Source: Mustelus asterias
Taxonomy: Eukaryota
NCBI RefSeq assembly: GCF_964213995.1
Contig: NW_027590197.1
Location: 62,001 to 126,000, forward strand
Reading direction: 5' to 3'
DNA length: 64,000 bases
The position numbers and the translations under genes are program-made. Under the pieces are notes generated by a model. That model saw only the letters and a program-made list of their open reading frames with translations, was not told the origin of the DNA and searched no databases. Of the stretch, positions 1 through 11,900 are shown one piece after another; position 1 is the first letter of the stretch, and each line of letters begins with the position of its first letter.

Positions 1-1384
1 ATCGGTGTGTTTAAAGGTCGTGATGGAATTTATGAACTGAGAAAATATGTGAGAGCAAAGAAATCAATCTCGAAAATTGTAGTCACTTCACGGTGTTCCA
101 GGAGAAGTGGCGTCTGGTTGTGGAGATGTCAGGTTTTACACAGCACATGGTCATTCTGAATGGAGAATCTCTGAGTTGTACAATTCACATCATTCAGGGG
201 CCAGATTGTCTGCTCAGAAAGAGGAAGGTTTCTGTGACACCAATGAAAAGCAACACACGGACTCACAGACACCCTCACACACACAGAGTCTCACACCCTG
301 CAAATTATCTCCTGTCACTTTATTGTTTTTAGTCTTTTTGAAATAAATCCTGAATGAACTATAAAATCATACATAAGTACTTGTTGAGATTCCCCTGAAA
401 GGCATCGACACTGTTCATTTCACTCCCTGTAGTTGTGATTTCCATATTCTCGCCACTCTTTGTGAAGAGAAATTTATCCTGGATTTCCGATTGGATTTCT
501 TAGTGACTGTTTCATATTGATTGTCTCCAGTTTCCCAGTAACTTCACTGCAGTGTTAATCTAAGCCTACTTGTGACTAATAAATAAACTTTACTTTTTGC
601 TCTTCCCCACAAGAGGAAACACTATTTCTGTATCTAAGCATTTTATAAATTTGAGGACCTCTGCTCAGGTTACCCCTCAGCCTTCATTTCTCAAGAAAGA
701 AGAACTAGCCTGTCAATCCTTTCCTGATAAAAAAACCACACACGTTTTGAAAATCATTTATGGGATGTGGGCATTGCTGGCTTGGCCAGCATTTATGGCT
801 AATCCCTGATTGCCCTTGAGAAGGTGGTGGTGAGCTGCCTTCTACATTAAAATCTCATCATTAAAATCTTCTCTGCACCCTTTCCAGTGCCTGGATAGGG
901 ATATTTTTTAATAATACGGTGACCAGAATGGTATGCAGTAGTCAGGAAGATTCTTGATCAGAGAGTCACAGATTTTCCCAAAGTGGTTTGAGCTTATCCA
1001 TGGTTTTAAATTAGATTCTTAGGAAGTAACAATTTAAAAATGATGCATAATAAACAGGGGGAAAAAAACAAGACCCATGGCAGGTGAGTAACCGAGGCCC
1101 CAGCACTGATCCTGCGTTACCCAAATAGTCACTGCCTGCCAGTTGGAAAAAGACCCGTTTAATCCTACTCTTTGTTTCCTGTCTGCCAATCAGTTTTCTA
1201 CCCATCTCAGTACAACAGCCCCAATCCCATGTGCTTTACTTTTTGTGAAGAAGTTGCCGAGTTGGCGGACGGGGGGAATCGGGTTCACGTTATCTATCTC
1301 AGGGCATAATCATCAACAACTTGTATTTACACAGAGTGTTGTGGGGCTGGAGGAGGTTACTGAGATACTGAGGAACTTTTTAAA

Positions 1385-1728
1385 GTTCATTTTTACGGAA
1401 TGTAGGCGTCACTTGCTGGGCCAGCATTTCTTTCCCATCCCTAACTGCCCTCCATTTCAGAGGGCATTTGAGAGTCAACCACATTGCTGGTCTGGAGTCA
1501 CATGTAGGCCAGACCAGGTAAGGGCGGCAGGTTTCCTTTTCTAAAGGGCGTTACTGAATCAAATGGGTTTTTACGACAATTGATTAAAGGTTGAGGTTTG
1601 TCATTAGACTTTTAATTGAAGATTTTAATTGAATACAACTTTCACCATCGACTGTAGTGGAATTTGAACCTGGGTCCCCAGAGCCTTACCCTGAGTCCAG
1701 TGATAATTCCACTGTGCCGCTGCCTCCC
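1385..1728 (-). mobile_element. tRNA-headed SINE, family 2 (LINE-derived 3' tail)
   Basis: Same body (gagtcaaccacattgct..ggagtcacatgtaggccagacc..ggcag) recurs at 10.1, 15.2, 34.0, 53.7 and 58.4 kb; B-box-like head on the minus strand. Confidence 0.7.
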
Positions 1729-1791
1729 CTATTCATCCAATTGTTATTGTTTATCTCAGGGCGCAGAAACAACAGAATCCAACGTTGCCGG

Positions 1792-3063
1792 TCACACATG
1801 AAGTCGTCTATGTTTCAGCAGGCTGTAATACTGATTAAATCCCTTCCCACACATGGAGCAGTTGAAAGGTTTTGCCCCAGTGTGAACTCGCTGGTGTCTC
1901 TGCAGGCGGGATGGATCAGTGAATCCCTTCCCACACAGGGAGCAGGTGAAGGGTTCTGTCGCAGTGTGAGCTCGCTGGTGTTTCAGCATATAGGATGAAT
2001 CAGTGAATCCCTTCCCACACACAGAGCAGGTGAACGGCTTCTCCCCGGTGTGAATGCGTTGGTGTCTCAGCAGGCCAGACGACTGAGCGAATCCCTTTCC
2101 ACACACAGAGCACAGGAACGGCCTCTCCCCGGTGTGAATGCGATTGTGTTTCAGCAGATCATCACTTCTTTTAAAGGTCTTATTGCATTCTGAGCATTGA
2201 AAAGGTCTCTTGTCAGAGTGAATGTGTTGGTGTTGATTGCAGTAGGAAAACTGAGCAAATCTTTTGCCGCAAATGGAGCAGGAGAACGGCTTCTCCCCTG
2301 TGTGAATGCGGCGGTGTCTCCGGAGGCTGGATGACTCCGTGAAAGCCTTCCCACACACGGAGCAGATGAATGCCTTCTCCCCGGTGTGAATACGCCGGTG
2401 ACTCAGCAGATGCTGCAAACAAGTAAATGTTTTCCCACACACAGGGCAAACGTATGGCCTCTCCCCAGTGTGAGTGCCCTGGTGTCTCAGCAGACTAATC
2501 CTTCTTTTGAAGGTCTTCTCACATTTAAAGCATTTAAAATGTCTCTTCTGAAAATGAATCTGTTGGTGAACGGTGCAGTGGGAGGACTGAGTGAATCTCT
2601 TCCCACACTGGGAGCAGCTGAATGGCCTGTCCTTGGTGTGAACTTGTTGGTGCTCAGTGAGATGCACTGAGTCGCTGAATGACTCCCCACAGTGAGAGCA
2701 GCTGAACGGTCTCTCGTGTGTGTGAAGGAGCTGGTGCTCTGCAAGGCGGGAGGACTGGCTGAACCTCTTCCCGCAGTGGGAGCAGCTGAACGGTCTCTCG
2801 TCAGTGTGAAGGAGCTGGTGTTGGGCCTGTTCCTCAGAGGTTTCAATGCTTTGCCCAGAGTCAGAGCTTTGAAGAGGCTTCTGAATAATGTGATCGAGTT
2901 GGTGAGCCAGCAGGTTGGACGAACACATGAATTTCTTCCCACACACGGAGCAGGTGAATGAACTCTCACTGTTGCGAGCTCGCTGTCGTGTCAGCATGTT
3001 TTCCAGCTGTATCAATCCCTTCCCACAGGAGGAGCAAGGAAACAGATTCTCACCAGTTTCCAA
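1792..3063 (-). CDS. C2H2 zinc-finger protein ZNF-1 (13 intact + 2 degenerate fingers)
   Basis: Tandem Cx2Cx12Hx3H repeats with TGEKPF-type linkers. The ORF opens at TTG 3063; first ATG is at 2997. Cluster-type splice acceptor (ttattttgcag) at 3181-3182. Confidence 0.9.
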   Translation of the reverse strand: METGENLFPCSSCGKGLIQLENMLTRQRARNSESSFTCSVCGKKFMCSSNLLAHQLDHIIQKPLQSSDSGQSIETSEEQAQHQLLHTDERPFSCSHCGKRFSQSSRLAEHQLLHTHERPFSCSHCGESFSDSVHLTEHQQVHTKDRPFSCSQCGKRFTQSSHCTVHQQIHFQKRHFKCFKCEKTFKRRISLLRHQGTHTGERPYVCPVCGKTFTCLQHLLSHRRIHTGEKAFICSVCGKAFTESSSLRRHRRIHTGEKPFSCSICGKRFAQFSYCNQHQHIHSDKRPFQCSECNKTFKRSDDLLKHNRIHTGERPFLCSVCGKGFAQSSGLLRHQRIHTGEKPFTCSVCGKGFTDSSYMLKHQRAHTATEPFTCSLCGKGFTDPSRLQRHQRVHTGAKPFNCSMCGKGFNQYYSLLKHRRLHV

Positions 3064-3209
3064 CTGAGATGGTCAATTAAATCCCTTCAGATGTACAAAT
3101 CTTCAGATCCCAATGAACCGATTGACTCTGTCTGACGTGAGATTGGTTTGTCCAGACTGCAAATCCTCCTCTTCTATTTCCTGCAAAATAAGTTTACAAA
3201 GAATTACGT

Positions 3210-3642
3210 GGCTGGCACGGTGGCACAGTGGTTAGTCCTCCTGCCTCACAGCGCCAGGACCTGGGTTCGATTCCGGCCTTGGTTACCTGTCTGTGTGGAG
3301 TTTACACAGTAAGGAGTCTAACAACACCAGGTTAAAGTCCAACAGGTTTATTTGGTAGCAAACGCCACTAGCTTTCGGAGCGCTGCTGTGTGGAGTTTGC
3401 ACATTCTCCACTTGTCTGCGTGGGTTTCCTCCGGGTGCTCCGGTTTTCTCCCACAGTCCAAAGATATTCAGGTTAGGTGGATTGGCCATGCTAAATTATC
3501 CATTTTCTCCCAGGGTGTGTAGGTTGGGGAGATTAGTGGGGTAAATAAGTTGGGTTATGTTGTTGGGGCCTTGGTGGGATGCTCTGTCGGAGAGTTGATT
3601 TGATGGGCCAAATAGCCTCCTTCCGAACTGTGGAATTCTATG
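3210..3642 (+). mobile_element. HE1-like V-SINE with CR1-type tail
   Basis: Head ggcacggtggcacagtggttag..gggttcgattcc (A/B boxes), V-domain tgtgtggagtttgcacattctcc, tail gatgggccaaatagcctccttc..ttctatg. Confidence 0.85.
3308..3385 (-). mobile_element. ~78-bp Penelope-like terminal fragment inserted in a V-SINE
   Basis: Matches the terminus at 43247-43325; flanked by a 17-bp duplication ctgtgtggagttt(a/g)cac at 3291-3307 and 3386-3402. Confidence 0.8.
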
Positions 3643-4604
3643 AATATATCTATCCTGGACTGACAGTGATGACTTTTGTAAATTCCCTTTACAGGGTATT
3701 GGAAAGGAGGATTTACAGCAAGAAAACACAAACCAAACATCACGTTGAGATCTGACAGTCACTCGGATCATTAGGAGCTGATTGTTATTGTCTTTGAACA
3801 GGGAAGGAGAATTGTTTGTTCTGTCTGTGACAATACACAAACAGGCCATTCGGTTTATCGAGTCTGTACTGGAGTTTATCCTCCACATGAGTCTCCTCTC
3901 ATTCTGATCACCACATCTCAGCTGTTCAGTTGATTTTTCCAATCCCTTTTTTCTCATAGGCTCGTATATTTTCCTTTTGAAAGCATCTAAAGTATTTGTG
4001 TCAACCACTTCCAGTCGCAGTGAGTTCCAAATTCTAACAACTGTCTGAAGAAAGAAACATCTCCTATTTTCCTGTTTGATTTATTTGTTGTCTGTTCATG
4101 GTTCCCAGTAATGGAAGAACCAACAAGTGGAAACATTCCATTCACATCTACCTACTTGTCCCATTCAGAAAGCCCGTATCAGAAGAGACAACATTTTCTC
4201 TTGGTTTGAGCTTGTTGTGTGTAAATCCTCCCTTTCTAACCCCCTGTAAAAAAAAAAGTGTTCAAAATCCATCACGATAGAAAATCCAGGTACAAGTAAT
4301 TCAGAAAGCTATTATTTGTTATGAGGGGAATGGAGTAAAAGCAGTGAAGTTATGTTTCAGTTGCACACAGTGAGTCTGTATCTGGAGCAATGTCTACATT
4401 ATCGATTTCCTTATTTAAGGAAAAATATAAATGCATTAGAAGTTCATAGTAGGTTTAGTAGACTAATACCTGGAATAGGTGGATTGTCTGATGAGGAGCA
4501 GTGAGACAGTCTCTGCTCGAGTTTAGCTTTTGCTCGAGTTTAAAAGAGTAAGAGGCAACTTAATTTAAACCTTTCACATCCTGAAAAGTCTTGGATGTGG
4601 AGAG

Positions 4605-6040
4605 GTTCATAGAGTCATAGAGGTTTACAGCATGGAAACAGGCCCTTGTCCATGCCGCCCCTTTTTTTAACCCCGAAGCTAGTCCCAATTGTCCGCATTT
4701 GGCCCATATCCCTCTAAACCCTTCTTACCCATGTAACTGTCTAAACGCTTTTCAAAAGACAAAATTGTACCTGCCTCTACTACTACCTCTGGCAGTTTGT
4801 TCAAGACACTCCCCACCCTCTGTATGAAAATATTGCCGCTCTGGACTCTTTTTATCTCTCCCCTTAAACCTATGAACTCTAGTTTTAGACTCGCCTATCT
4901 TTGGGAAAAGATATTGACTATCTAGCTGATCTATGCCCCTCATTATTTTATAGACCGCTATAAGATCATCCCTATGCCTCCTGCGCTCCAGAAAAAAAAG
5001 TCCCAGTCTATCCAGTCTCACCTTATAACCATCAAGTCCCGCTAGCATCCTACTAAATCTTTTCTGCACTCTTTCTCATTTAATACCATCCTTTCTATAA
5101 TAGGGTGACCAGAATTGCACACAGTATTCCAAGTGTGGCCTTACCAATGTCTTGTACAACTTCAACAAGATGTATCCTGTATTCAATGTTCTGACCAATG
5201 AAACCAAGCATGCCGAATGCCTTCTTCACCACTCTGTCCACCTGTGACTCCACTTTCAAGGAGCTATGAATCTGTTCCCCTAGATGTCTTTGTTCTATAA
5301 CTCTCCCCAATGCCCTACCATTAACTGAGTAAGTCCTGCCCTGGTTTGATCTACCAAAATGCATCACTTTGCATTTATCTAAATTAAACTCCATCTGGCA
5401 TTCATCAGCCCACTGGCCCAATTGATCAATATTCCGTTGCAATCAGGGATAATCTTCTTCACTGTCCACTATGCCACAATCCTGGTGTGTACAAACTTAC
5501 TAACCGTGCCTCCTAAATTCTCATCCACATCATTCATATAAATGATAAAAAGCAGTGGGTGCAACACCAATCCATGAGGCACACCGCTGGTCACAGGCCT
5601 CCAGTTTGAAAAACAATCCTCTACAACCATCCTGTCTTCTGTCATGAAGGGGCAGTGCTCTGAAAGCTTGTGGCTTGTGCTACCAAATAAACCTGTTGGA
5701 CTTTAACCTGGTGTTGTGCGACTTTTTCTGTCATCAAGCCAATTTTGTACCTATTTGGCCACCTCACCCTGGATCCCGTGAGATTTAACCTTATGCAACA
5801 ACTTACCATGTGGTATCTTGTCAAAGGCCGTGCTAAAGGTCATGCAGAGAAGATCAACTGCACTGCCCTCATCTACCTTCTTGGTTACCCCTTCAAAAAA
5901 CTCAATCAATTTTGTGAGATATGATTTTGCACTCCAAAGCCATGCTGTCTCTAAATGCCACTCACATGACTGTCTCTAATCAGTCCTTGTGTCTCTAAAT
6001 GCCGTAGATTCTGTCTCTCAAAATACCTTCTAAAAACTTG
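4605..6040 (-). mobile_element. CR1 LINE, degenerate 3' part (RT + tail)
   Basis: ORF pieces QWADECQMEFNLDKCKVMHFGR and RFSRMLAGL..LGLFFLERRR; ctatga-type tail near 4605. Confidence 0.9.
5646..5725 (+). mobile_element. ~80-bp Penelope-like terminal fragment inserted in CR1
   Basis: gaaggggcagtgctctgaaagcttgtgg..aataaacctgttggactttaacctggtgttg; TSD ttctgtcat at 5637-5645 and 5726-5734. Confidence 0.8.
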
Positions 6041-6369
6041 TTAGAACTGTTGTTTACTCTTATGGGAGAATCTTGGGGTCACGATTCATAAAACAGTGCT
6101 GCCCATAGAGACAGAGATGAGATGTTTTTCTCTCAGTGGGTCATGACTCTTTGGATCTCCGTTCCTCAAAAGTGGAAGTAGAGCCTGATTTCAATTCGAT
6201 ATATCTCTTGGGGCTAAAGGGATATTATGGGATGGGGGATGGGATGAGGGTATTGAATTTGAGGATCAGCCATGACTATAATGAATGGCAGGGAATGCTC
6301 AAAGAGCTGAATGGTCTACTTCTGCTTCTATGTAAACATGAGGAGCCTGGGGCTGAAGTGTAACCAAAA

Positions 6370-6775
6370 GACTATAAGACATAGGAGCAGAATTGGGCCA
6401 TTCGGCCCATTGAGTCTGCTCCACCATTCAATCATGGCTGATATTTTTCTCATCCCCATTCTCCTACCTTTTCCCCATAACCCCTGATCTGCTTATTAAT
6501 CAACAACCTATCTATCTCTGTCTTAAAGACACTCAATGACCTGGCCTCCACAGCCTTCTGCAACAAAGAGTTCCACAGATTCACCACTCTCTGGCTGAAG
6601 AAATTCCTCCTCATCGGTTTTAAAGGATCATCCCCTTAGTCTGAGGTTATACCCTCTGGTTCTAGTTTTTCCTACTACTGGAAACATCCTCTCCACGTCC
6701 ACTCTGTCCAGGCCTCGCCGTATCCTGTAAGTTTCAATAAATTCCTCCTCAACCTTCTAAACTCCAACGAGTACA
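6370..6775 (-). mobile_element. CR1 3' fragment
   Basis: Reverse-strand CR1 tail (ataagacataggagcagaattgggccattcggccc) followed by C-terminal ORF2-like sequence. Confidence 0.7.
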
Positions 6776-6959
6776 AAAGCTGTGTAACCGCTTCATGTCA
6801 GTACTCTGGGATGCAACTCCTCACACTGAATATGTACATGACCCATAAACTTCTCTCGGCTGCAAACGTGAGGTGCAGCCTGGGAGTGGGTGAAGCTGTT
6901 TGAAAATCTATTGCTCATTGTTGGTATGCATAAATACCCGAAGGGTACACTAGGACCCG

Positions 6960-7560
6960 GGGGGAGCAGAAACACAAAGGCCCGCCCACTCACGGTTGCG
7001 TCACCAAGACACCAACGCATGCGCTCTGCTCCCCGCTGAATCAAGATGGCGGCCGTTAACCTGAGGTTCGTCTCGGGAAAAAGACCCGAAGCTGCAATCA
7101 CGGGACCTACGGGCTCATATTCGATGTTTGAGGCCTTCACCAGATATTTAGAAACCCTCTACGTCCATCCGCCGGTTCCATTGCTCCCTCTCTATTTCTG
7201 AATCCTTACCGGCTGCTGATGAGACACAGGAACTTCTCTCCAATTGCTGTCACCCGCACTGTGAACGCCGTTGCTTACTGCGCATGTGCATCTCTCCGAC
7301 GCAGTGAATAGGGAACGCTTCCTATTGGTCCGGGCCCTCATTCACTCCGATTGGTTGGAGGACCAGCCGCTCCCGCTCGGTCCTCCAGTCCCGCCCCTCA
7401 TTCACTCCGATTGGTTGGGGGACCAGCCCCGCCCCCTCTTCCTATTGGTCCGGAGCTGCCGTCAATCAGTACCCAAACATTGTGATGTGGAGCATGCGCA
7501 GTGTCATTGCTGTCCTTGGCGCTTGTTTGTCCCGGAGAAGCGGAGTCAGCGTTAGGCGGT
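6960..7560. promoter_or_regulatory. CpG-rich bidirectional promoter module
   Basis: NRF1-like gcgcatgc motifs (~7016, 7280, 7492), YY1 caagatggcggc (~7042), CCAAT/GC-box units 7320-7450; paralogous to modules at 21.9, 30.3 and 42 kb. Confidence 0.65.
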
Positions 7561-7920
7561 GGCTGGGAGGATTTGGAAACACTTTGTGGATCCGCAAACC
7601 CTTCAGAATCATTGTCAGCTCCCTGGTTTGCAGCTGCGGGGCTTCTCCCTCCCTCCCTCCCGGGAACAGGCCCAGGTTAACGGCCCCATCCTGGCTCAGC
7701 CACTGGAGGATGGTTCACATCAGAGGATGGGGGAGGGGGACAATAAATAAGAGGTTACACTTTGGCCTCAAATCAATGAGGACTCTGATCTCTGGGAAGG
7801 AAGGAAACCCTGGGAGGTGGGCGGGGAGGATTCACAAACACCCGCTGGAGGCCCCAACACCCCCAATAAGAGCCATTGGTTTTATTGTCAGTCTGCAGAC
7901 AGGAGCTGGAGAACTGAATC

Positions 7921-8250
7921 CATGATGTGGAGATGCCGGCGTTGACTGGGGTAAACACAGTAAGAAGTTTAACAACACCAGGTTAAAGTCCAACAGGTTT
8001 ATTTGGTCGCAAATGCCACTAGCTTTTGGAGCGCTGCCCCTTCGTCAGGTGGAGTGGAGAAATGCTCACTAATAGGGTATACAGAGACACAAACTCAATT
8101 TACAGAATAATGATTGGAATGCAGTCTTTACAGATCATCAAGTCTTAAAGGTACAAACAATGTGAATGGAGGGAGCATTAAGCACACGTTAAAGAGATGT
8201 GTATTGTCTCCAGACAGGACAGCCAGTGAGATTCTGCAAGTCCAGACAAG
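7921..8250 (-). mobile_element. Penelope-like terminal repeat with mutated hammerhead motif
   Basis: Reverse complement of 43030-43362 and 61700-62027; core reads ctgacga..gctcc-aaaa (GAAA lost). Confidence 0.8.
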
Positions 8251-8251
8251 C

Positions 8252-8442
8252 TGTTCGGGTCAATGCGTCTAACCAGCACGTCTTTCAGAATGTGGGAGGA
8301 AACCGGAGCACCTGGAGGAAACCCACGCAGACACGGGGAGAATGTGCAAACTCCACACAGACAGTGACCCAAGCCGGCAATCAAATCTGGGTCCCTGGCG
8401 CTGTGAAGCAGCAGTGCTAACCACTGTGCTACCGTGCCTCCC
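8252..8442 (-). mobile_element. HE1-like V-SINE (3'-truncated)
   Basis: Reverse-strand head (cagcagtgctaaccactgtgctaccgtgcctccc) and V-domain. Confidence 0.85.
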
Positions 8443-8890
8443 AAAACATTAAATCTGTTTCTCTCGCCAGAGGTGCTGTCAGACCCACGTGTTTTTACAG
8501 CACTTCCTGTTTGTATTTATGAGTTCAAGAGTCAGGCCAGAAGGAAATTTAAAGACAGTTTGGCCCGGTGGGCGAATGGAAGAGAGGGAAGGAGCAGAGA
8601 CAGCTGATCAGATTGTCTCAATCTTGGTGACAAAGAAGCTCCATGAGCTCCTCACACTTGTTGGAGGTGAGGATGGAGGAGACGGGAGAGGGGGAAGCCC
8701 TTCAAATGGAACTAACATGTTTGAGGTATTAAAAGCATTCATCACACTGTGTTGAACATAAAGCTTGTGTATTTAAGTTCCACCCAAAATATAAACCTTC
8801 CAACTGGGCTAGGATTTATCAGCAGAAACAGACACCAATGAAAATAGTCAGGACCTTGACGTGATTAAGAGCAAAATCCGGTCCTTGCAG

Positions 8891-9760
8891 TCACTCGTGA
8901 ACACGCTGGTGTTTCAGCAGGTGAGGTGACTGAGTGAATCCCTTCCCACACACGGAGCAGGTGAATGGCCTGTCCCCAGTGTGAATTTGCTGGTGCTTTA
9001 CCAGGTTGGATGATTGACTGAATCTCTTACCACACTCAGAGCAGGTGAACGGCCTCTCTCCGGTGTGACCTCGCTGGTGTTTTAGGAGGTTGAATGATTG
9101 AGTGAATCTCTTCCCACACTCGAAGCAGATAAATGGCCTCTCCCCATTATGAATTCTCTGGTGTTTCAGCAGGTCGGATGAATCAGTGAATCCCTTCCCA
9201 CAATCAGAGCAGGTGAACGTCCTCTCTCCAATGTGAACTCGCTGGTGTTTCAGCAGGATAGAAGAGGTAGGGAATCCCTTCCCACACTCAGAGCATCTGA
9301 ATGGTCTCTCTCTAGTGTGAACTCTCTGGTGTGTCAGCAGGATTGATGAGGTAGCAAATCCCTTCCCACACTCATGACAGTTGAATGGCCTCTCCCCAGT
9401 GTGAACCCACCGGTGTTTCAGCAGATGGGATGAACAAATGAATCCCATCCCACACTTGGAGCAGGTGAACGGTCTCTCCCCAGTGTGAACTCGTCGGTGT
9501 GTCAACAAGATGGATGAGGTAGTGAATCCCTTCCCACACTCAGAGCAGGTGAATGGTCTCTCTCCAGTGTGATTGTGTCGATGAGTTTTCAGTTCAGATG
9601 GAAATCTGAATCTCTTCCCACAGTCTCCACATTTCCATTGTTTCTCCCTGTTGTGACTGCATTTATGTTTCAACAGGCCAGATGATCGGCTGAATGTTCG
9701 TCCACACACAGAACACGTGTACGGTTTCTCTCCACTGTTAACCGTGCTTTCCCCTTCCAT
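8891..9760 (-). CDS. C2H2 zinc-finger protein ZNF-2 (10 fingers)
   Basis: ATG-initiated 289-aa [19 protein letters not shown]...; 10 intact fingers; acceptor at 9870-9871. Confidence 0.92.
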   Translation of the reverse strand: MEGESTVNSGEKPYTCSVCGRTFSRSSGLLKHKCSHNREKQWKCGDCGKRFRFPSELKTHRHNHTGERPFTCSECGKGFTTSSILLTHRRVHTGERPFTCSKCGMGFICSSHLLKHRWVHTGERPFNCHECGKGFATSSILLTHQRVHTRERPFRCSECGKGFPTSSILLKHQRVHIGERTFTCSDCGKGFTDSSDLLKHQRIHNGERPFICFECGKRFTQSFNLLKHQRGHTGERPFTCSECGKRFSQSSNLVKHQQIHTGDRPFTCSVCGKGFTQSPHLLKHQRVHE

Positions 9761-10109
9761 GTTTGAAACCCAATGATATTCAGATTACACTAATTTAGGC
9801 GATAGCGTCAGATCCTGATGCGATGTTTGGTTTGAGTTTTCTCCCTTCCACTCCTGCACTTCTAATATCCTGTAAAAAAAAAGTCCAAAGTTAAAAATTG
9901 AAGCAAATATTTCTCTTGGTTTGAGTTTACTGTGTGTAAATCCTCCCCTTCTCACCCTCTGGAAAAGGAGACTCCAAAATCCATCAATGTCAGTCCAGGA
10001 TAGAAATTCACATTTTCTCACAGGGACAGTGATAACCGTGCCTGTGTCCTGCCCCCGAGAAAGATGACAGCCATTAACCCAAGTCTATCAGTGTTTCTCC
10101 TTCACTATT

Positions 10110-10402
10110 TCATGTGATGTGGGTTTTATTGCCAAGACCAGAATTTATTTCCTGCCCCTGAGGAGGGCAGTTAGAGACTGAATCGCATGTTGACAAGTCT
10201 ATGGAAAGACAGCAGATTCCCATGAATAAACAGGATGGGTTTTTAAAATTGTTCACAGCTGTAATGGTTACTCAAGTGAAATTATATTCCAGATTTTCCA
10301 GCGTTTTGTGAATTCTATTTAAACCCCCCCAGCTCCATGATGGGACTTGAACCCCTGTCCCCAGAACATGAGGCTGTGTCACTGATATTACCACCACCTC
10401 CC
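10110..10402 (-). mobile_element. SINE family 2, degenerate
   Basis: Diverged match to the 34020-34376 copy. Confidence 0.55.
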
Positions 10403-10700
10403 CGATTGTAGAGGTGCTGCAATTACCCCCCGGGTCGGTGCAAACTCGGGCCCGGGGGTTCCTTATTCTGGGTTTGAGGCCTCCTCCACTGGCTGTTTCT
10501 GAAGCCTCTGCACCCACTTCCCCGCCTCCCTGCAGCTCCAGCACCCACACTGCGCATGGGCCAGTCCGAATCCGCACAGCGCATGCTCCACTCAGAATCA
10601 GGTACTGCGCCTGCGCAGGCGGCTGCTATTGTGACAATACGGCACATTCTCTCTCGCTGCGAATGCTGGGTAAGAGGACCGCCATAGGAAGGAGATAATG
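10400..10700 (-). promoter_or_regulatory. CpG-rich promoter of ZNF-2
   Basis: Several tgcgcatg / gcgcctgcgca NRF1-like motifs; paralogous to 18730-19110 (shared gaatgctgggtaaga). Confidence 0.55.
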
Positions 10701-11114
10701 TTCAACACAAAATTGTATTTTGTCATCCAATTACGATCAGAACTACAGGGTTAATATATAAAATTATTAAATAAATTGATACATCTACCAATGTGCATGG
10801 TGGGATTGTTACTGGACGAGTATTCCAGAGACCCAGGGTCCTTTTATAGTCTACCCCACTCTGTTGTAGGTTGCAGCAAGATATAGTTGGGTTGGTCACA
10901 TGGGCAGAACAGTGATAGACTTCGAAATATATCACCATTCCTTCACAGTCACTGGGTCAAAATCCTGGAATTCCCTCCCGAACCGCATTGTAGGTAAACC
11001 CACAGCACATATACTGCAGCGATTCAAGAAGGTAGCTCACCACCACCTTCTCAAGGGCAACTAGGGATGGCCAGTGAGCGACGCCCATGTCCCACAAATT
11101 AATAAAAAAAATAT

Positions 11115-11900
11115 GGTATTTAATCTTGATAAGTGCGAAGTAATGCACTTTGGAATAAGTAACAAGACAAAGAAATAATGAATGAATGGAAGGACACGAG
11201 GTAAAATCAGAGGAGCAGATGGGGATCTTGGGGTACTTATTCACTTAAGGTAACAGAGCAGCTGAATAGAATAGATAAGAAGGCATATGAGACACTTGCT
11301 TTTATCAGTCATGGCATACAGTATAAGAACAAGGAGATAATGTTGGAGCTGTACTGAATGTTGGTTAGTCCACAGCTGGAGTATTGTGTGCAGTTCTTGT
11401 CACCTCACTATAGGAAGGATGTGATTGCACTGGAGGGGGTACAGAGGAGATTCACCAGGATGTTGCCTGGGATGGAACATTTGAGCTATAAGGAGACTGG
11501 ATAGGTTTAGAGTGTTTAGAGCAGAAAAGGCTGAGGGGGACATGACTGTGGTGAATAAGATTATGAAGGATATGGACCGGGTGAGTAGAACCCTTGGTTG
11601 AGAGGTCAATCATGAGGGGACATAGTTTTAGGGTACCTGGCAAGAGATTCAGAGGGAAGTTGAGAAAAAAAAAATCAGAGGGTGGTGGGAATCTGGAATA
11701 AACTGCCTGGGAAGGTAGTGGAGGCTGGAAACGTAACAACCTTTAAAAAGTATTTGGATGAGCACTTGAAATATTATAGCATTCAGATAAGGATATGGGA
11801 CAAGTGCTGGAAAATGGGATTAGCATGGGAGTTAGTGGTAGCTATTGGTGGTGCAGACTCGATGGGTCGAAGGGTGTTTTCTGCACTGTATGACTATGAC
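11115..11900 (+). mobile_element. CR1 LINE 3' fragment, degenerate
   Basis: RPQLEYCVQF and RRFTRMLPG coding remnants, WNKLP motif, tatgactatgac tail. Confidence 0.85.

Noticed and set aside
3210-3285. tRNA genes at SINE heads
   Set aside because: A/B boxes are present but they continue into V-SINE bodies; no complete cloverleaf.
9785-10021. KRAB-like or other effector exon upstream of the finger exons
   Set aside because: The post-acceptor peptide (ILEVQEWKGENSNQTSHQDLT) is a linker-like remnant interrupted by stops in the copies examined; no KRAB-A motif (VTFEDVAV..EEW) was seen in any listed ORF.
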